Shown here piece after piece: positions 1 through 12,259 of a stretch of DNA of 64,000 nucleotides. Origin of the DNA: Eledone cirrhosa (lineage: Eukaryota). Position 1 is the first letter of the stretch. Each line of letters begins with the position of its first letter. A model generated the notes under the pieces. That model saw only the letters and a program-made list of their open reading frames with translations, searched no databases and had not been told where the DNA came from. The DNA is taken from the NCBI GenBank assembly GCA_964016885.1, contig OZ024740.1:30380001-30444000 (forward strand). Reading direction: 5' to 3'. The position numbers were made by a program, and so were the translations under genes.

Positions 1-79
1 AGGGTACACAAAGTGTCTCAAAATAGTGTCAGACATATATCTAAGATAAAAAATAAGAGTAAAGAATTAAGTTAAAATT

Positions 80-350
80 ACCAATCTGTAAAGTGGTCGT
101 GTAGGTGACACAACAAAAAGCACCCAGTCCACACTGTAGAGTGGTTGTGTAGGAGACATGGTAAAAAGGCTCCCAGTCCACACTGTAAATATGGTTGGCA
201 TTAGGATAGGCATCTAGCCATAGAAAACCTGCCAGAAAGAGTTCTATACGAGTGAGACATGGTCACCCGACCAATCTTGCCTCAAGTGGGACTACTCCTG
301 TCTAATCCATGCTAGTGTGGAAGATAGACGTTAAACGATGATGATGACGA
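80..350 (+). mobile_element. 3' part of SINE with RTE-like tail ending (GAT)n
   Basis: Repeated cacccagtccacactgta units, ggcatctagc core and gacgttaaacgatgatgatg tail shared with other copies. Confidence 0.7.
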
Positions 351-552
351 TAGTAAAATAAGATAAAAAAAGATTGACAGTTTAAAAATAAACAGGGGAG
401 CTAACCTCAACACTCCTTTAGTATGTGGAATTGTGTTATATAGGAGTGATTTGAATTTTTTTAACGTTTTATAAACAACTCTACTGTAAAATTACATTTC
501 CATCAATTTATCCTAAGATAACATACAACCAAAATTGACTTGAGTTACTTAC

Positions 553-673
553 CAACAATGAGTACGGTTGGTCCACTAAGGTTGGTATCTGTAACATGCT
601 TCAAACACTTTCCCTCAAACTGACAATTTTCACCGACAGTTCCTAGGAGTTTCCATCCACATTTCTTCAGTTT
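553..673 (-). pseudogene. MRM1: MRM1-like exon KLKKCGWKLLGTVGENCQFEGKCLKHVTDTNLSGPTVLIV(G)
   Basis: ttattttcAG acceptor, GTAAGT donor, 121 nt. Ends just before the expected GNEG motif. Confidence 0.9.
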
Positions 674-712
674 CTGAAAATAATTTTAAAAAAAGGTATA
701 TATATACATATC

Positions 713-767
713 TGTTAGAACACGAAAAGTGTGAAACAACAGAATGTTCACTTTTCGTGTTCTAACA
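713..767 (+). repeat. 19-bp-arm fold-back enclosing the 3' half of a hammerhead motif
   Basis: tgttagaacacgaaaagtg / cacttttcgtgttctaaca, with loop tGAAACAacagaaTGTT. Confidence 0.7.
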
Positions 768-861
768 TATATGCCTAACTTCTTCATAAATTTTCCAGGG
801 ATAGCCGTGGTGGTGGTGATCGTATGTCATTGGCTAATTTTCAACCAATCAGAGTAAGTGT

Positions 862-864
<3 letters not shown>

Positions 865-915
<51 letters not shown>

Positions 916-1400
916 TATTCCCCCTCTCTCTATATATATCTTACGCTTTCGCTTTACACTCCTCCCCTTCAATAACACATTTCCCCCTCTCTATATATCT
1001 CTTATACTGTTACACTTATATTTCCATTTATTTATTACCCCCTCTCTCTATATCTCTTCCACTGTTACTTACGCCTGTTTCTCTCTATCTGTTCCGTCTC
1101 TATATATATCTCTCTTACTCTTTCGCTTTGCACTCCTCCCCTTCAATACCATCTCTCCCCCCTCTCTATATATTTGTTACTCTATCGCTGCACGCTCCTC
1201 TCTTTCAATATATCAATTACACACGCTTTACACTCCTTTATCCCCAGCGCCCCTATATATACACCCCCCCCCCCCCGCATCTATATTTTAATGTTCCGTT
1301 GCACCGTGAATATATGTGTCTATATATATATACATATATATTGTATATACACATTCATGTATGTGTATACACACTCATGTATGTATATACACTGGTTTTA
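865..1400. repeat. (TA)n microsatellite and degenerate CT/TA-rich low-complexity repeat
   Basis: Direct inspection. The overlapping ORFs are spurious. Confidence 0.9.
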
Positions 1401-1634
1401 TGTGTGTATTGTAAATTTGTACTGTTAAAACACGAAACTAACATTCGATTGACACTTTGATTACCTGTACAGGCAATAGTTATTAGAATGCTGTTGAAGT
1501 GTGTATATATTTTTGGGGGACATCCTGTATATACACACATTATATATAATACAATAAACAGATAAATACACACATATATATATGAGCTTATTTAATTATA
1601 AATATTGTGAATTTTTAACTCAGTTCAATTATAT

Positions 1635-1700
1635 ATATAAATGGCTTCTACAGGACTAGAACTGTTTCATTCGAAAGAAATCATCATAATATTGAGAGGG
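1635..1700 (-). mobile_element. Penelope-like pLTR remnant with degenerate hammerhead (second copy ~5680-5735)
   Basis: Minus strand aTGATGA...GAAACAG-ttctagtc-CTGTA, next to (TA)n. Confidence 0.5.
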
Positions 1701-2308
1701 GGGACTAGATAAAATATTTCAAATCAAATGTGTATAAGTTATAAGTTAAAATGTATAAATAGAGACGATAGTGGAGGTATATCTGTTTAGTGGAACAGTA
1801 GACGATAGAATTAAATACAGACGAGAATCTCCCTTTAATGAAACAGCAGACGATAGAATTAAGGCAATTTAAATTTTAAGCATTTGCATTTTTGCCTTTC
1901 ATCGTTACGGGGTCGATAAAATAAAGTACCAGTAATACACTGTCACTATAAGTAGACGACTTTCAAATAGAATTGTTGGTTCCATTTCTTTAGTATTTTC
2001 AATTGTAGTTATCTACTTAAAAAGCGTTACACGGTTAGAGACATAATTGGTAAGTTATATCTTCCCTATTAAACCATTGCATTATTTCGCCTACAATAGA
2101 ACAAAAATGAAATGTTCTTTAAAGAAACAGGAATATAACTTTATAAAAAAAAAAGTTGCATCCGCTTCTTTTATCATTGATAATTTTTTCGTTTTAATAT
2201 TAATTGTTTTTTGTAGTTGTTTATATTAAAAATCTTACTGTAATATTTACTTAAACGAAGGCAGACATCTAAACTTATAGATTAATCTTGAGCGAAGGAC
2301 TAGATAAA

Positions 2309-2361
<53 letters not shown>

Positions 2362-2365
<4 letters not shown>

Positions 2366-2575
2366 GAAGAATGATAAAATTTCAAGCAATGAGTTTAATT
2401 AGGTAATGACTTACAAATTTGTTTCAGTATATATTTAATATAATATTAATATATTTTGTAATATTATTAACTAATTATTATAATTAGCGCTTCAGGCTTT
2501 GTCTATATACTGAAACAAATTTGTAAGTCATTATCTAATTAAACTCTTTGCTTGAAATTTTATCACTCTTCGTTT
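2362..2575. mobile_element. ~70-bp-arm inverted repeat beside (TA)n, Penelope-like inverted pLTR remnant
   Basis: aaacgaagaatgataaaatttcaagc...gtttcagtatata versus its reverse complement at ~2504-2574. Contains GAAACAAATTTGTA. Confidence 0.6.
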
Positions 2576-2764
2576 TGAATTTCTCCTAAGTATTCAATAC
2601 TCTGTTGAGAAATACATTTTACATAAACAGTCTTTGTACCATTTATACGGTATTAATTACTTATATTTATATATATATATATATAGCGTATGATTAGAAC
2701 TGTGTTTATTATTAATATTTTAATGGATTTAATGAAAAATTTTAGGTGTTCATATATATATTCT

Positions 2765-2826
2765 AAAAATGCGCGAAATCGTGAATCCGCGATAGTTGAA
2801 CCGCCAAGTAGCGAGGTATCACTGTA
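2765..2826. mobile_element. pogo/Tigger-like terminal inverted repeat end
   Basis: ccgcgatagttgaaccgc...agcgaggtatcactgTA resembles TcMar-Tigger MITE termini. Confidence 0.5.
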
Positions 2827-2868
2827 TATATGTTTAAATATATAGTGTAGCTGTGATGTATCTCGCAA

Positions 2869-3318
2869 GTGAATCGAGACCTGTCACTGATTTTGGTGTC
2901 CCCCACTGCCGATGTGAATGAGCAACGCTGCACTTGTGAATTGGGTCTTGATGTTGCAGGCAGTTCATATACTTACAATGATGCGGTCCCACAAGCTTGT
3001 TCACATTCCTGTGCTAATAATCTAGATGGGCGTATTAAATTGGATGTGAAAGCAGCTTACCAGATGCGGAATCGGGAGAAGTTGAGACAAAAACAGGCCG
3101 ATTATAGAGCTGTGAATTTTGCTAAATTAACACAAAAACAGGCCAAGTATAGATGTTCAAAACGGTATGAGTTGGCAAACAAGCAGGCCAAGTATAGATC
3201 TGCAAATTCAGCTATTATATCTCAAAAGCAAGCCGAGCGTAGAGCTTCTAAACGTACCGAGTTGGCTAAAGAGCAGACCAAGTACAGATCTGCAAATATC
3301 TTATTGCACAAACAATAA
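2869..3318 (+). other. ORF with six 15-aa basic helical repeats (Y-x3-N/K-x3-L-x2-KQA), probable transposon-derived fragment
   Basis: YQMRNREKLRQKQAD/YRAVNFAKLTQKQAK/YRCSKRYELANKQAK/YRSANSAIISQKQAE/... Downstream 3330-3500 is repeated at ~4850-5060. Confidence 0.4.
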
Positions 3319-3529
3319 TTCTGCACAAATGTTGCTCCATTATTAGATCTAATGTTGCAACGATACAGTTAAATGTTGTCTGTGTATTTTAAAAAAGATT
3401 TGCTTATAATCTTTTCAAATTTCATTACGCCAATGATTCAAGCTCAAATTGACATTATCTAAAAAATTGTACAAACAGCGGTGGATTAGCAGTAGTGAAC
3501 AGATAAATCAGTCAATTTATTAAGATTGA

Positions 3530-4181
3530 CTTGGCATCAATCAGCAAGACCTTCATTAGCTGCTCTCCAGCCATCTATTTAAAGCTGTATACATTTATGG
3601 TACGAATACACTTGGAGTTCGCGTCATCAGTCTGGAACCCCTATCTTGCTCAGAACATTGACCTCCTGGAAACTGTTCAGAGACATGCAACCAAGCGCAT
3701 ACCCTCCATCAGACACCTACCATACCCTGAATATTTTGCTTCCCTCTGGCAATGGACTTGGTAAACACCCACAAAGTTATTAACCATCCGACCAACAACA
3801 ACCCCGAACACCTTTTTGATCTCCATGTGTCTAACACGTGGACATGCCTACAAAGTCAGAAAACAACACAGCTCCCATGATTTTAGGAAATATTTCTTCA
3901 TGCTCAGAGTTGCTGAAGGATAGAACAAACTTCCTGCATCAGTTGTTAGCTGATGACACAATGCATCCTTTAAAACCATCATACATTCCGAAATACACCA
4001 AAACTACACCTGATGTCCCCCTTCCATACACATGCACATATGTGTATATCATGACTCATGCACTGTTCTTTTTTCCTGACGTTTTTATATTACCCTATGT
4101 ATTATATATGCACTTTGATGAGTTGTAGTGCACCTCAGCATTGTACACAATATTTTCATTATTATTATCATTATTATTATT
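3530..4181 (+). mobile_element. CR1-clade LINE 3' fragment with (ATT)n tail
   Basis: LEFASSVWNPYLAQNIDLLETVQRHATKRIP; same 3' UTR as the other copies. Confidence 0.88.
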
Positions 4182-4649
4182 ACACTCATTGATCCATTTT
4201 GCACTAACTCTGCATCAAGCACCCTCACCTAAATATTAACCAATCAAGGATCCAATACAGCTATCTGTTGGATGAGTATTGTATAGTGCCAAAAACGAAA
4301 CCAATCAGTTTAGCAGAAAGTTTCCAGACAAGAAACACGCATATTTTGCTATCCTCAAACACGTTTACACATGGCATGAAATATAACTAATCCGAGATGG
4401 CTAGGTTTCATCTTCTAACTGGATATACGAAATCCATTATGTCTTGACAACAACATGAGGTAACATTATGTTATTCACAGACACACTTTGTACACTGTTC
4501 CATATCAGAATGTATTTCCTTCGTCACATTCACAAACAGTATTGAAAATATGTTCTTCGGCAAATAAAAATGTTTTGTTCATAATATTTCAACTAGCGAT
4601 TGCTCTACTCCACGCACGACCACCATAAATTAATGACCAGCTCAACACA

Positions 4650-4820
4650 AGTATTGGTAGAGCGTCAGACACCATGCTTTGCAGTATTGTTATGGTCCTT
4701 TGCATTCTAAGTTCAAATCCTGCCGAGGTTAACTTCGACTTTCATACTTACTAATTCGATAAAATAAAGTACCAGTAATGGACTGCCGTAATGGATTTGT
4801 GCCGAAAAATAGAAACACTA
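4650..4820 (+). mobile_element. tRNA-derived SINE family A (central cctttcatccttacggggtcgataaaataaagtaccag domain)
   Basis: A/B-box-like head (gttcaaatcc) and central domain shared with more than 10 copies. Resembles a Meta/MESC-type SINE domain (unverified). Confidence 0.8.
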
Positions 4821-5373
4821 TTAATGTGCAATAAGAGCAAAATATAACGACATTGCTCAATTATTTTATCTAATGTTGTAATAACACAAGGAAATGTTGT
4901 TTGTGTATTTTTTTTTATATTTGCTCATAGGCTTTTACAATTTCGCTCAGCCAACAACTATTAAAAAGTGAGTTGCTTAAGATAACAATTTAATCACAAA
5001 TTGTTGCTATCTTTTAATACACTCCAACAAGTCATCAAATTATGTACAATAAAAACAAATCTTATTAATTTGCTCAGGGAATATAAAGAAAATGTATATA
5101 CACTGATAATTGCAATTGTATGTAAATATTTTGTTTTTGTATTGTATATTTTATGTTTTCTATTATGTATAATATATTGATTTAATATTGATTGTGTTTT
5201 GTAGTTGTTTATATTAAAAGTCTGAAAATATTTTTATACATCTTACACTAATATTTATAAGATAATTTATAATAACAATTACATAATCTAATTACATTAC
5301 AACGATAATTTATTATTAATATATATCCTGTTTAACTAGAGTTATTACAAGCGTTGCCTTAAAAAAATATTAA

Positions 5374-5662
5374 ACTAGACATGAAAAATGCGCAAGCTCA
5401 AAAGTGCCACAGAATGTTATAATAAACCGACTAGAGTTGTTGCTAAAAAATATTGTAATCATTATATATCGTACATTCTGTGGCATCCTTTATAAAAATA
5501 GCTTAAACCAACGAAGCCTTTATTTTTACGCTATTTCACTTAGTTAATTCTTAGAGTGTAACATATAAAAATATGATTTACAACTATAAAATAAATTAAT
5601 TAATATAATAACAGAGCTGCGGAGCTTGGCACTTTTGAGCTTGCGCATTTTTCATGTCTAGT
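5374..5662. mobile_element. Non-autonomous element with 35-bp perfect terminal inverted repeats (ACTAG...CTAGT)
   Basis: actagacatgaaaaatgcgcaagctcaaaagtgcca / tggcacttttgagcttgcgcatttttcatgtctagt. Confidence 0.75.
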
Positions 5663-5835
5663 ATATCATGTTTAATATAGAAATGGCTTCTACAGGACTA
5701 GAACTGTTTTATTCAAACGATATCTTCCTGCTTTTCGTTGTTTGTAATTAAACATGATGTTTACACTCAACTAATGTATTGAGTACCTTACTTACTGTGG
5801 TTACCCCCTGATTGAACCCAGGACTCACACATATA

Positions 5836-6010
5836 TTTTAAGAATGAAGGACATCCAGCTCAACTTTAAAAGGTGTGTTGCTCATTGTAAGAAATGAATA
5901 GATCTAGCTCAACTTTAAAAGGTGTGTGGCTCATTGTAAGAATGAGGACATCACGTTCAGCTATAAAAGGTGTATGGCTCATCGTAAGAAATAAATAGAT
6001 CTAGCTCAGG
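5836..6010 (+). repeat. ~50-bp minisatellite, about 3.5 copies
   Basis: agctcaactttaaaaggtgtgtggctcattgtaagaa repeated. Confidence 0.8.
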
Positions 6011-6098
6011 ACCCGCTAGAAAGAATAATATGTTTGAGGATGACCCTCTCAGGGATAAGTGGGTGAAGAAGAAGGAGATAAATATAAAGATATGTTAC

Positions 6099-6195
6099 CT
6101 TCAATAGAGACACCAGAGTTTGTTCTGTATAAGCCATTGGTAGCAGCTCTAAAGCCCCAGCACTGCTTTTGCTCACCACAGGGTTAATTGGAGCG
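6099..6195 (-). pseudogene. MRM1: MRM1-like exon (S)APINPVVSKSSAGALELLPMAYTEQTLVSLLK
   Basis: Conserved PVVSKSSAGA motif and GTAACA donor. The acceptor reads tttcAA instead of AG (6197-6196). Confidence 0.9.
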
Positions 6196-6271
6196 TTGAA
6201 ACCAAAATTAAAAACATTAGCTAAGTAAAGTTAAGTATTTTGCTCAATTTTCTTTCCCCAAGAACTGCTTT

Positions 6272-6560
6272 CCTCTGTCAATGTGCATGAACGACCAAGC
6301 ATAGACGAGTTGAGAGAGAAACCGTGTATAAGAGGGATAAGCTGTAGTGTGCAGGAGAGAAGACTGCGATGGTATGGACATGTGATGCACATGGAGGATG
6401 ACTGCTGGATAAAGAAGTGCCAAGACATCCCAGTAGAAGAAAGACGCAGTAGAGGAAGACCACAAAAAATCATGGACGGAGATGGTGAGAGTTGACCTCA
6501 GATCACTGAAACTCATGGAGATGACGAAGGACCATGACGAATGAAGAGGCAGTGGCAACG
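6272..6560 (+). mobile_element. RTE-clade LINE 3' fragment
   Basis: VQERRLRWYGHVMHMEDDCWIKKC...RGRPQK. Confidence 0.88.
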
Positions 6561-6814
6561 ACTGTGAAACTGTGTCTAGTTTTTTTTTTTATCACATTAC
6601 TAAAATAAGTTGGATTACTTTGAATAAATCATGAATGAATATTATATAATTTATGTACTAAAGTCGTAGCTCTTGATTAAACAGAGTGTTTTTCCTGTTA
6701 GTTGGTATAATTTGACAAGTTTCCTTTCTTAACTGCTAAAGTGCAACAGTCCAAGTTGGACATTAGCGACACTAACACCCCAAGATATTCCTCAGTGCTG
6801 AACAGAATATATAC

Positions 6815-7126
6815 ATCATCGTCATCATTCTACGTCCGCTTTTTCCCTGCTTGCAAGGGTGGGATGGGAACTGATTCTGGCTTGATTTCTACAGCTGGAT
6901 GCCCTTCCTAACACCAACCTCATTTACAGTGAGTGCTGGATGCTTTTTTTCCATGGCGCCTACACGCCCACTTTACAGTGTGGACTGGGTGTTTTATTGC
7001 CGTGGCACATCCACGACCACTTAGCAGTGGAATGATAGGGACCCCAAGTCCTATCATCTCATTTCTACAGCTGAGTGAACTGGAGCAATGTGAAATAAAG
7101 TGTCTTGCTCAAGGAAACAACACATC
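6815..7126 (-). mobile_element. CORE-type SINE family B with RTE-like tail (5'-truncated)
   Basis: gtttccttgagcaagacactttatttcac CORE-like block, ggaagggcatccagctgtag, (GAT)n tail. Confidence 0.82.
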
Positions 7127-7313
7127 ACAATTTAATATAATCTCTCCAACAGAAATATAAGAAAACATTCTAAATATACAGCATACATATCTGTTCATAC
7201 ATGACATGCACAGATTTAGACCTTGGTGGGGGAGGGGTACTTCAGTTTTTTTTTTAGGTGGGGGGTTACTTCAAGTTTGGTGGGGCCCCGCATATTCAAA
7301 AAATTAGAATACA

Positions 7314-7617
7314 CTGCAAACATTTTTTCATGCTCAGAGTTGCTGAAGCATGGAACAAACTACCTGCTGCAGTTGTTAGCTGTTGGGGCACCGCATCCTT
7401 CAAAACCTCGAAGCTTCCGAAATTCGCCAACACTACACCTGATATTGCCCCTCCACACATGCACCCATGTGTTTGTCTGTGTGTATATCATGACTTATAC
7501 GCTGTTAACTTTCCTGACATTTGTCCATTATTCTATGTACTATACATGCACCGTTGATGAGTTGTAGTGCACCTGAGCATTGTACACAATAATTTTCATT
7601 ATTATTTTTATTATTAT
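7314..7617 (+). mobile_element. CR1 LINE 3' end
   Basis: KHFFMLRVAEAWNKLP and (ATT)n tail. Confidence 0.88.
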
Positions 7618-7927
7618 AACATCCACGATTTTGGCTGGACCCGTCGAAAGGAGTGTTTGGAGACCCTGCCCCCATGACTCTCTCAGGAATAAGTGGGCGA
7701 AGAAGTAGAGGACTACATCATACCACCATAACAAGACAATCATCACCATCATCATCATCACTATTTTATGTTCACTTTTCCATGCTTACATGGGTTGGAT
7801 GGGTCTTTTCTTGCACAAGATCCCTCTATTCATTGCGGTCCTTCATCACCTTGGTGAATTTCAGCAATTTAAGATCTTGCTCGATAAGGTCAAGGTCACC
7901 CTAAGCCAGTGAGCCCAAAGCATCGTC

Positions 7928-8200
7928 ATGCGTAGAGTTTAGTGGTAAGGGTGTTGGAATTACAATCATAAAGTTGTGGGTTCGATTCCTGGACTGAGTT
8001 GTGTGTTGTGTTCTTGAACAAAACACTTCATTTCACGTTGCTCCAGTATACTCAGATGAAAATGAGTACCAGCAATAGCTGGAGGTTTAATCCTGCAATG
8101 GACTGGTGTCCTGTCCAGGGGGGGGGGGGGGGAGTCTTGTACTCTCAGTTGTTTCACACCACGAAACCAAGATAAGTACTTGGCTTGAGACAGACTTTTG
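7928..8200 (+). mobile_element. tRNA-head CORE-type SINE
   Basis: tagtggtaag...ggttcgattcc A/B boxes, then gtgttcttgaacaaaacacttcatttcac. Confidence 0.75.
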
Positions 8201-8269
8201 AATTTAACATCAGCTCTCACAAATTATCTATATAATACTAAAATTCTGTGATTGCTTGCTTGCTTGTAA

Positions 8270-8400
8270 TACAGCCAAAAGGGCGCATAATGGGTAAATA
8301 CTTTGAAAGGAAGTTGACCCTGAAATGGGAATACAAATGGAATAAAACAAGTTTCGTGTAAATCGGAGCATTGGTTCTCGAGATACAAGTTTATTCCAGG
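8270..8400. mobile_element. Helentron-associated (DINE/HINE-like) fragment
   Basis: aagtttcgtgtaaatcgg...ggttctcgagat core motif followed by a GA-rich tract. Confidence 0.4.
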
Positions 8401-8748
8401 TACCTTCGTAAATAGAAAGAGAGAAAGATAGAGAGAAAGAGATAGTGGTTGTGAGAGAGTAGATTGAAAGAGAGACATAGAGAGAGGGAGAGAGAAGGAA
8501 ACAGAGAAGAAATATGGAAAAGAGAGAGAGCTGGTGGTGTTGTTGAATGAAATCATAACAAGTGACTTCAAAGAATCGAACATAGCATTACTGCATCAAG
8601 CTTGAATTTGGTGACTGAATATTAAGTCATATGCATCATATAACTTGTGTGAGGATGTGTGTAGCGAATATTTCCATAGGAAGGGTTTCTAAGTGTGTGG
8701 TGTATATAAGTGTGTCTCTGTGACCAATGTATATCGGTTACAGATACC

Positions 8749-8787
<39 letters not shown>

Positions 8788-8788
<1 letters not shown>

Positions 8789-8866
8789 ATGAAGGAAATG
8801 TGGTACGGAACCAGATGGACCATAACACACCAAAGTACTCAATACTTAGGGTAGTAGAGTGGGTAA
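8788..8866. mobile_element. Truncated copy of the element at 59988-60130, inserted in (TA)n
   Basis: gaaggaaatgtggta...gtagtagagtgggtaat nearly identical to 59992-60069. Confidence 0.8.
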
Positions 8867-9207
8867 TATATATATATATATATGCACACACATATACACA
8901 CACACACATATATGTGGGCCTTCCAATTTCATTTTACATTATATACATGTCTGTGTATATTTTAATTATTTGAAAATTATTTTTAAGTGAACATGATTTT
9001 AAAAAATATTTTTATAGGAAACATGACCAAATGGGTCACGGGAGGTCTAGATTTTAATACATGTTACAATAATCAAGTTTTTTTTGTGGCTGGCTGCCTT
9101 TCCTATCACCCACCACTTTACAGCATGGTTTGGGTGCATTCTTCAAACCATCACAAGGAGTGGAAAATTCACACAAAGACAAATTTAATCGTAATGAAAT
9201 AAATTAC

Positions 9208-9287
9208 CTGTTTTCTTTTGAGAAAATGACTTTGTTTGCACCAAAGTAATAAGCACTGCACAAAATGGCACCAAAGTTCATAGGATC
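9208..9287 (-). pseudogene. MRM1: MRM1-like exon DPMNFGAILCSAYYFGANKVIFSKEN
   Basis: SpoU motif I (DPxNxGAIxRSA) with R>C (TGC at 9260-9258). Canonical AG and GTAATT, 80 nt. Confidence 0.92.
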
Positions 9288-9402
9288 CTGAAAATAAAAT
9301 ACTTTATTGAAAGAAATATTTGCTTCAACATAAATCAAAGTGAACTCATGCAAACAAATATAATTTAAATATATTTTATATTATTATAATCAATAACATC
9401 AA

Positions 9403-9620
9403 GGGTGGTGAATTGGTAGTATCGGTAGAGCATTGGAAACTATGCCTTGTAGCATAGAGTTACGGCCCTTTACGTTCTGAGTTCAAATCCTGCCAAGGTT
9501 AGCTTTGCTTTTCATCCTTACGAGGTCGATAAAATAAAGTACCAATAATGCACTGGGTTCAATTTAATCGACTTTCCCTTCCCCAAAAATTGTTGACCTT
9601 GTGCCTTAATTAGAAATCAT
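9403..9620 (+). mobile_element. SINE family A, near full length
   Basis: gggtggtgaattggtag head, B box and central domain. Confidence 0.85.
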
Positions 9621-9700
9621 TATAATCAATTATCATCATTATCATCATCGTTTAACGTTCATCTTCCACGCTAGCATGGGTTGGACAATAACATGAAAGA

Positions 9701-10127
9701 GGCTGTGTTGCTATCTAACTATAAGTATGCTGTGTTGCTATCTAACTATAAGTATGTTGTGTTGCTATCTAACTATAAATATATTGTGTTGCTATCTGAC
9801 TATAACTATATTGTGTTGCTATCTAACTATAAGTATGCTGTGTTGCTATCTAACTATAAGTAGGTTGTGTTGCTATCTAACTATAAGTATGTTGTGTTGT
9901 TATCTAACTATAAATATATTCTGTTGCTATCTAACTATAAATATATTGTGTTGCTATCTAACTATAAATATATTGTGTTGCTATCTAACTATAAGTAGGC
10001 TGTGTGGCTATCTAACTATAAGTATATTGTGTGGCTATCTAACTATTATATTGTGTTGCTATCTAACTATAAATATATTGTTGCTATCTAACTATAAGTA
10101 GGTTGTGTTGTTATCTAACTATAAGTA
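9701..10127 (+). repeat. 27-bp minisatellite (~16 copies) inside an RTE-tail SINE remnant
   Basis: tgtgttgctatctaactataagtatgc repeats, with SINE tail segments at 9630-9690 and 10150-10170. Confidence 0.92.
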
Positions 10128-10786
10128 CAACCATATTTCTGTTGCATTTTGTTTTTCTACAGCTGGATGCCCTGGCACTAGGAAGGGCATCCAGCTGTAG
10201 AAACCAACCCAAAAATCAATTCTGTATGAGCATGACATGGCTACCTAACCTAGCATTGCTCACAACAGGATAACTCATCTAACCAATGCCAGTGTGGAAA
10301 AATGGACGTTAAACAGTAATGATGATGATAATGATGATGTAACTTATTATATTTTTTACATAGCTCATGACTTGCTCTACATATCATGTATTGTATAGAG
10401 CTGAACCAAGTATTCCATACCCAAATGACTTGCTAAAATAGGAATATATAAAAAAAAAAAATTTTGATAAACCCTTTAGTTACCAATTCAGCCATAAACA
10501 CTTTAAAATAAACAATTTTGTATTTTAGAATTAGAGGTGCTTTCAGGAGGTTTGCTATCAATCTGCTGTATTCCTGGAGAGGAGCTGGGTTCTGCCAGGC
10601 TTTTTAAAAATGCCCAAGAAACGATGTATGTCAATATGGGGCCCCACGACACCAACAAGAGTTATGGGACCATACATATTAATAGTTGCCCTTGTTTTCC
10701 CCCTTTTTTTGCCTCCTGTATTAATTGTAAGGAGTATTACATACCCTGCCCAGTATGTCATGGTTTACACTGTTTAAATTGATTAA

Positions 10787-11445
10787 TCCTTTAGCATTTA
10801 CATTACTTTCATCATCATCATAATCACCGTTTTACGTCCGTTCTTCCACGGTAGCATGGGTTAGACGGGTTGTCCTGTTGTGGGCAGTGTCCGGTCGGCT
10901 GACCTTGTCTTGCTCATACGGGAACTGATTCTGGCTTGATTTCTACAGCTGGATGCCCTTCCTAACACAAACTTCATTTACAGTGAGTGCTGGGTGCTTT
11001 TTTTCCGTGGTGCCTACACGTCCACTTTACAGTGTGGGCTGGGTGCTTTTTTGCCGTGGCACCTCCACAACCACTTTGCAGTGGAATGATAGGGACCCCA
11101 GTCCTATCATCTCATTTCTACACTTGAGTAAACTGGAGCAATGTGAAATAAAGTGTCTTGCTCAAGGAAACAACACATCACCCGGTCTGAGAATTGAACT
11201 CACAATCTTTTGATTGCAAGGCCAATGCTCTAACCACTAAGCCATACTTTATATATACTATTGTATTTTTACAGTAAAAGCTTTATCTCACATAAATATC
11301 TCACATCATATTGAATCTATGAGATTTTGATATTATTTATTTTGAGAATACTTTAACATAAGTATGAGTGGCTGGTTACACCTGGTTTGGACAGAAAGAG
11401 GTGAGAGAATTCTGGCTGGATACAGTCGTTTTAAATGTTAAAGGG
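10787..11445. mobile_element. piggyBac-like MITE (TTAA flanks) with nested CORE SINE B (10810-11247, minus)
   Basis: TTAA-tcctttagcattta ... taaatgttaaaggg-TTAA. Further copies at ~11975-12166 and ~56483-56690. Confidence 0.8.
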
Positions 11446-11574
11446 TTAAAGAAATACTGGTGAAAGAGGTGAGGGTGCAAAGGTTAGTATAAGTGGGAAC
11501 TACCGATACTGTGGTGAGCACAGGTTCAATGGAGCTTCAGGAAAAAAGTGGAAGGTGATGTACATATTAAAAAA

Positions 11575-11762
11575 TAATTGTTTCTACTTTAGGCACAAGG
11601 CCAGCAATTACCCAGTGCATTACTGGTACTTTATTTTATCGACCCCGTAAGGATGAAAGGCAAAGTCAACCTCGGCAGGATTTGAACTCAGATCGTAAAG
11701 GGACGTAACTATGCTGGAAAGCATGGCATCCGACCCTCTACCGATACTGCCAATCCACCGAT
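11575..11762 (-). mobile_element. SINE family A
   Basis: Reverse complement of head and central domain. Confidence 0.85.
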
Positions 11763-11790
11763 TAATGATGTTGGAAAGTACTTAACTAAC

Positions 11791-11863
11791 CTGAACTTGG
11801 TAAAGAAGCAACCATAACTGATGACTGGACGATTTTTCGTCAATTCCTTCTACACACACTTGA
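11791..11863 (-). pseudogene. MRM1: MRM1-like exon (S)QVCVEGIDEKSSSHQLWLLLYQVQ
   Basis: ttattcAG acceptor and GTTAGT donor. Phase fits both neighbours and LWLxLxxVQ precedes DP. Confidence 0.85.
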
Positions 11864-12259
11864 CTGAATAATAAATATATTAATAAATTAAATATAAAAA
11901 TATAATATAACCATCCACAATATTTTTAGTATAAAAGATCTCCCATTAAACCCATTTTTCAGTGCATCTAAGGCCTTTACTATTTACATTACTCTATATA
12001 TACTATTGTATTTTTATCTCATGTAATATCAAATCTATGAGATTTTGATACTATTTATTTTGAGAAAAATACCTTAACATATGTATGAGCGGCGAGTTAC
12101 AGCTGGTTTGAAAAGAAAGAGGTGAGAGAATTCTGGCCGGATACAGCCGGTTTAAATGATAAAGGGTTAAATGTGAAAGCTCTCATTCACATCATTATTA
12201 ACTGTAATATAAAAGTCAATTGCTTTATTCTTTTTAGTTTGTGTGTTTGTAAGTTTAGT

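Noticed and set aside
824-1460. 155-200-aa ORFs
   Set aside because: Translations of (TA)n and CT-rich low-complexity DNA.
10537-10782. Cys-rich host exon
   Set aside because: Matches the body of SINE family C found at 12260, 14150 and 25517.
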